From Chloroflexota bacterium (GTDB lineage: Bacteria > Chloroflexota > UBA11872 > VXOZ01): a DNA stretch of 64,000 bases. The DNA lies in contig OZ219802.1 in assembly GCA_964291655.2 (NCBI GenBank), positions 2,432,001-2,496,000 on the forward strand. Direction: 5' to 3'. This document shows positions 60,456 through 64,000 of this stretch, piece by piece (position 1 is the stretch's first letter; the number at the start of each line of letters is the position of its first letter). A model generated the notes under the pieces. The model ran no database searches. It was not told where the DNA came from and worked only from the letters and a program-made list of their open reading frames with translations. Both the position numbers and the translations under genes were made by a program.

Positions 60456-62261
60456 CTAGCGGTATGCGGCCGCCTGGAGCCGGTAGAGCTCTGCATACTC
60501 GCCCCCGGATGACAACAGCGCGTCATGAGTGCCCTGCTCGACCAAGCGGCCCTCACGCAGTACCAGAATCCGGTCGGCAATCTGACACGATGCCAGTCGA
60601 TGGGAAATGAGGACGGCGGTGCGATCTTGCGCCATGTCGGCAAAGTGGGCGTAGACCGCCGCTTCCGCCTTGGCGTCGAGGGCCGAGGCAGGTTCATCCA
60701 AAATGAGAATCTCGGCCGGCCGAAAGTAAGCGCGTGCTATCGCGAGCTTCTGCCACTGCCCCACCGATAGTTCCGCGCCGGCATGAAACTCCTTGCCCAA
60801 CGGTGTGTCTAGTCCACGTGGCAACTCTGCCGCCACCTCCTGCGCGCCACTGCGGGCGAGGACGGATTCGAGGTGTGCTCTATCTTCGGCTCCTTCCAGC
60901 CAGCCGAAGGTGATGTTCTCCTCTACGGTAGTCTGGTAACGGAGGAAATCCTGAAAGACAGTCCCGAACTTCTTGTACCAATCAGCAAGTGCAATTTCAG
61001 AAAGGTCAACTCCATCTATAAGTATACGGCCTGACGTCGGACTATACAGGCCCATCAGGAGCTTGACGAGCGTGGTCTTGCCCGCGCCGTTTTCACCCAC
61101 GAGCGCGATCCGCTCGCCGGGCCGGAGCGAGAGATTGAGGCCGGAAAGGGCAGGTCGCTCCGCTCCCGGATAGGTGAATGAGACGTTGTCCAAGACGATG
61201 GGTGCGGTCAGCGGCTGACGCAGCCTGCGGCCTGCCTTAAAGTCAATACATGGGCTATCTATCAGCGTGAAGAAATCTTGCAGATAGCGGAGATCGTTAT
61301 ACACCAGGGACCCGCCCCAGATCAGATCCGAGTAAGTCATTTGGAAGCTCTCAATCGCCGCAAATAGCGCAACCGCCGTACCGACACTGATGTGGCCATT
61401 GACCAATAGGCCCACACTTAGTCCCAACGCCAAAACGTGTACCAGGCCATTCAGTCCATCGGATACCACTGTGCGCCTCTCCTCGCGGGCCGCAAGTTGT
61501 AGCCGCTCTTGGTGAAGAGCTTGGCGAAGCTCCCTAGCCTGATCAAGCAACCACCGCCCTAAACTGAATAGCCGCACCTCGGCGGCTGCCTCCCGACCGG
61601 TCATCAATCCCGTGTATACGGCGAGGCGGCGTTCTCGTGGAGTCTGTGCGCGCTGCATGAGGTACTTTTGGCGGAGCAGGCGCTCGCGCAGCAGCACGCC
61701 TGGCGTTGTTCCGATTGCCAGCAACACCGGCAGTCCCCAGTGGAATTGCCCGAGGTACACGAGCAGGGACGTGAGCGTTACCACTTGTGAAAGACTCTCC
61801 CAAGAGAAGTGCATGGTCGAACCCAGACGTTCGACCGTTCTGCGCCGCACATGATGCAAGAGGTCGTAATGCTCGTTGTGTTCGAACCACTCCAGCGGCA
61901 TGGCCTGGGCCTGTTGCATACAGCGTTCGTCAATAAACGCAGCCAACACTTCCTGGTGGTATAGAGCCAGCGTATCCCTGCCGTAAAGCACGGCAGCGTG
62001 GGCGAGGGCAAGCAGGGCGAGGGCGAGCCCCCAGTAGAGAGCGGTACTAACCGGCGCGTTGCCTTCTAATACCTGCTGGGCCGTCTCTACGAGCCGGCGC
62101 AATACATGCACGTCTGCCACGATGAACAGCCCCATGCCGGCGCTTATGACGGTCAGAAGTGCTGCGCCTCTGGCATCGGCGGTCAGTACCAAGCCTACCG
62201 TCCGCGGTAGGTACGTTAGGCGCTGCCAGGAACGAGCACTGTTGTTCTGTGAATAGCTCAT
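60456..62261 (-). CDS. ABC exporter, fused permease/ATP-binding
   Basis: GENGAGKTT, LSVGQWQK, DEPASALD; N-terminal TMD. Confidence 0.92.
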   Translation of the reverse strand: MSYSQNNSARSWQRLTYLPRTVGLVLTADARGAALLTVISAGMGLFIVADVHVLRRLVETAQQVLEGNAPVSTALYWGLALALLALAHAAVLYGRDTLALYHQEVLAAFIDERCMQQAQAMPLEWFEHNEHYDLLHHVRRRTVERLGSTMHFSWESLSQVVTLTSLLVYLGQFHWGLPVLLAIGTTPGVLLRERLLRQKYLMQRAQTPRERRLAVYTGLMTGREAAAEVRLFSLGRWLLDQARELRQALHQERLQLAAREERRTVVSDGLNGLVHVLALGLSVGLLVNGHISVGTAVALFAAIESFQMTYSDLIWGGSLVYNDLRYLQDFFTLIDSPCIDFKAGRRLRQPLTAPIVLDNVSFTYPGAERPALSGLNLSLRPGERIALVGENGAGKTTLVKLLMGLYSPTSGRILIDGVDLSEIALADWYKKFGTVFQDFLRYQTTVEENITFGWLEGAEDRAHLESVLARSGAQEVAAELPRGLDTPLGKEFHAGAELSVGQWQKLAIARAYFRPAEILILDEPASALDAKAEAAVYAHFADMAQDRTAVLISHRLASCQIADRILVLREGRLVEQGTHDALLSSGGEYAELYRLQAAAYR

Positions 62262-64000
62262 CAGCCGCGCTCCGTGTTTGCGGGGGCGTTGTACCAGTGC
62301 GCTTGCAGGCGAAACATCTGAGCATACACGCCGCCGAGGGATAGCAAAGTCGTGTGGTCGCCTTCCTCAACAATGCGGCCGTTGGCGAGCACCACGATTC
62401 TGTCGGCCAGCCGGGCCGCCCCGAGGCGATGCGAGACGAGGATCGCGGTGCGACCGGCGGCCACCTGAACAAACTGACGGTAGAACTCGACCTCGGCTCG
62501 TGGGTCCAAGGCGGCGGTGGGCTCATCAAGCGCAACGATCTGGGCGTCACGCAAATAGGCCCGCGCGAGCGCCAAGCGCTGCCATTGACCGGAGGAGAGT
62601 TCCATACCGCCCGGCCACTCTTTGCCGAGGTACGTCGCGTAGCCGGACGGCAGTTCCGAGACAAACCCGTCTATGCCGCTCTTTACTGCAGCGGCGGCGA
62701 TGCGCGGATGAATGGTATCACGAGCTTGGACACCTTGCGCAAGCAAAGTTGAATCGCCATAGGCGATGTTCTCAAACACCGTTGTGGGAAAGCGGACGAA
62801 GTCCTGGAAGATAGCGGTTGCTTCGCGCCGCCACGTTGCGGGATGAATGGTAGCCAGGTCCGCGCCATCTACGGTGATAGTCCCCTGGGTAGGTTGATAG
62901 AGTCCTAAGAGCAAGCGCACCAGCGTGGTCTTGCCCGCGCCGTTCTCGCCTACGAGCGCGAACCGCTCACCGGGCCGTAGCGACAACTCAAGGTCAGTCA
63001 GGGCCGGTCGATCTGCGCCCGGGTAGGTGAAGCTCACACGGTGAAACTGAATAGCCTGGCGCAACGGTCGGCGTAGTTCTTGCTCTTCACCCTGTGCTGC
63101 CGGGGGGTCTGAATCTAGGGCAAGAAAGTCTTGCAGATACTCCGCATACTGTAGATTGGAGTACACATTCCCCAGAGCGGCAGAGACGTTGTCGGCGAGG
63201 GTGCGAAAGCGGCTCAATCCGTACAAGAGCGCAACCACGCTGCCCAGCGTAATGTTGCCGCTGAGGGCGACCAGCAGAACGAGCACGACAACCAGCGCTA
63301 CGCCCTCTTGCGCGGCTACACTCGCCAACCCTGGCAGCGCCATCCTACGTTGGGCGGCCATCATCTCCCCCAAGAACCGCTGAAAGACGCCGCGGCGGCG
63401 GCGGAGCAGGTAGTCGGCAAGACCGGACAGCCGCAGTTCGGGGACCGCTTCGCGGCTGGTGAGCAAGCGCGACCAATAGGCCATTTCGCGCCACCGAGGC
63501 GAGTTCCGGTACGTGACTTCAACCATATGTCGTTCGATCACGGATTGCACGATAGATCGCAACGCCATCACGGCTACCAAGGCCACACCAGTGAGCCAAT
63601 GGGCACTGAAGAATATCACCATTAACCCGGTAGCGCCGACCAGCGAAGTCAGCAGCCACGACAGGTTCTCGAGAAGATCGCTGAGGGCGCTGCCCGCTTC
63701 TATTCCGGCTACCTGCAGTTTGGTGTAGTATTCTTCCCGTTCGAAGGTACTTAGTGGGAGAGAGATGGCCTTCTCACACACCATGTGCTGTACCGCAGCG
63801 CCGAGGCGCAAGCCTGTCAGTTGACTGAGGTAGTCACCAAGTGCGCCGTCGAGGCTCCGGATGACAAAGGCTACCAGCAGCACCAGCAACCAGGGGATGA
63901 TGGCGGACCATACACCGGACTGGTCGATGCTTGAGCGCGGCAGAGCGTCGATGAGGCCACTGATGGCCCATACGACGAGCGGCGTGGTGGCCCCGGAAGC
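62261..64000 (-). CDS. ABC exporter, fused permease/ATP-binding (5' end beyond the window)
   Basis: GENGAGKTT, LSSGQWQR, DEPTAALDP; TGATG coupling to the downstream paralog. Confidence 0.9.
   Translation of the reverse strand, partial: ASGATTPLVVWAISGLIDALPRSSIDQSGVWSAIIPWLLVLLVAFVIRSLDGALGDYLSQLTGLRLGAAVQHMVCEKAISLPLSTFEREEYYTKLQVAGIEAGSALSDLLENLSWLLTSLVGATGLMVIFFSAHWLTGVALVAVMALRSIVQSVIERHMVEVTYRNSPRWREMAYWSRLLTSREAVPELRLSGLADYLLRRRRGVFQRFLGEMMAAQRRMALPGLASVAAQEGVALVVVLVLLVALSGNITLGSVVALLYGLSRFRTLADNVSAALGNVYSNLQYAEYLQDFLALDSDPPAAQGEEQELRRPLRQAIQFHRVSFTYPGADRPALTDLELSLRPGERFALVGENGAGKTTLVRLLLGLYQPTQGTITVDGADLATIHPATWRREATAIFQDFVRFPTTVFENIAYGDSTLLAQGVQARDTIHPRIAAAAVKSGIDGFVSELPSGYATYLGKEWPGGMELSSGQWQRLALARAYLRDAQIVALDEPTAALDPRAEVEFYRQFVQVAAGRTAILVSHRLGAARLADRIVVLANGRIVEEGDHTTLLSLGGVYAQMFRLQAHWYNAPANTERG

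Overview
GC-rich bacterial chromosomal segment, most likely Chloroflexota. This is inferred from the C-terminal 'YFPETGH'-type repeats in a large surface protein. The plant-type LRRs, a DUF1640 gene and dense REP-like palindromes also suggest a host-associated lineage, such as a sponge symbiont. The content is mostly housekeeping and metabolic: a carbohydrate uptake locus (Tat-lipoprotein SBP, GH172/DUF2961), trxB, clpPX, an alpha carbonic anhydrase, iscS-ribD-ribE-ribBA-ribH, selD, degV-tldD-pmbA, hicAB, tRNA-Leu(GAG), tmRNA, leuCD, terC with a likely yybP-ykoY riboswitch, panBC with a PanG-like reductase, ilvE and paired ABC exporters. The signals most worth following are ones the ORF track misses. 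(1) SelD is encoded through an in-frame UGA (CxxU) with a SECIS-like hairpin. (2) A HesB/IscA-family gene has a UGA 'stop' that falls at the C-terminal Cys position and is followed by a SECIS-like hairpin, making it a candidate C-terminal-Sec selenoprotein. (3) An unassigned ~210-nt highly base-paired element upstream of degV may be a novel ncRNA or a MITE. No CRISPR array, prophage or intact transposase was seen. One decayed IS481-like fragment is present.
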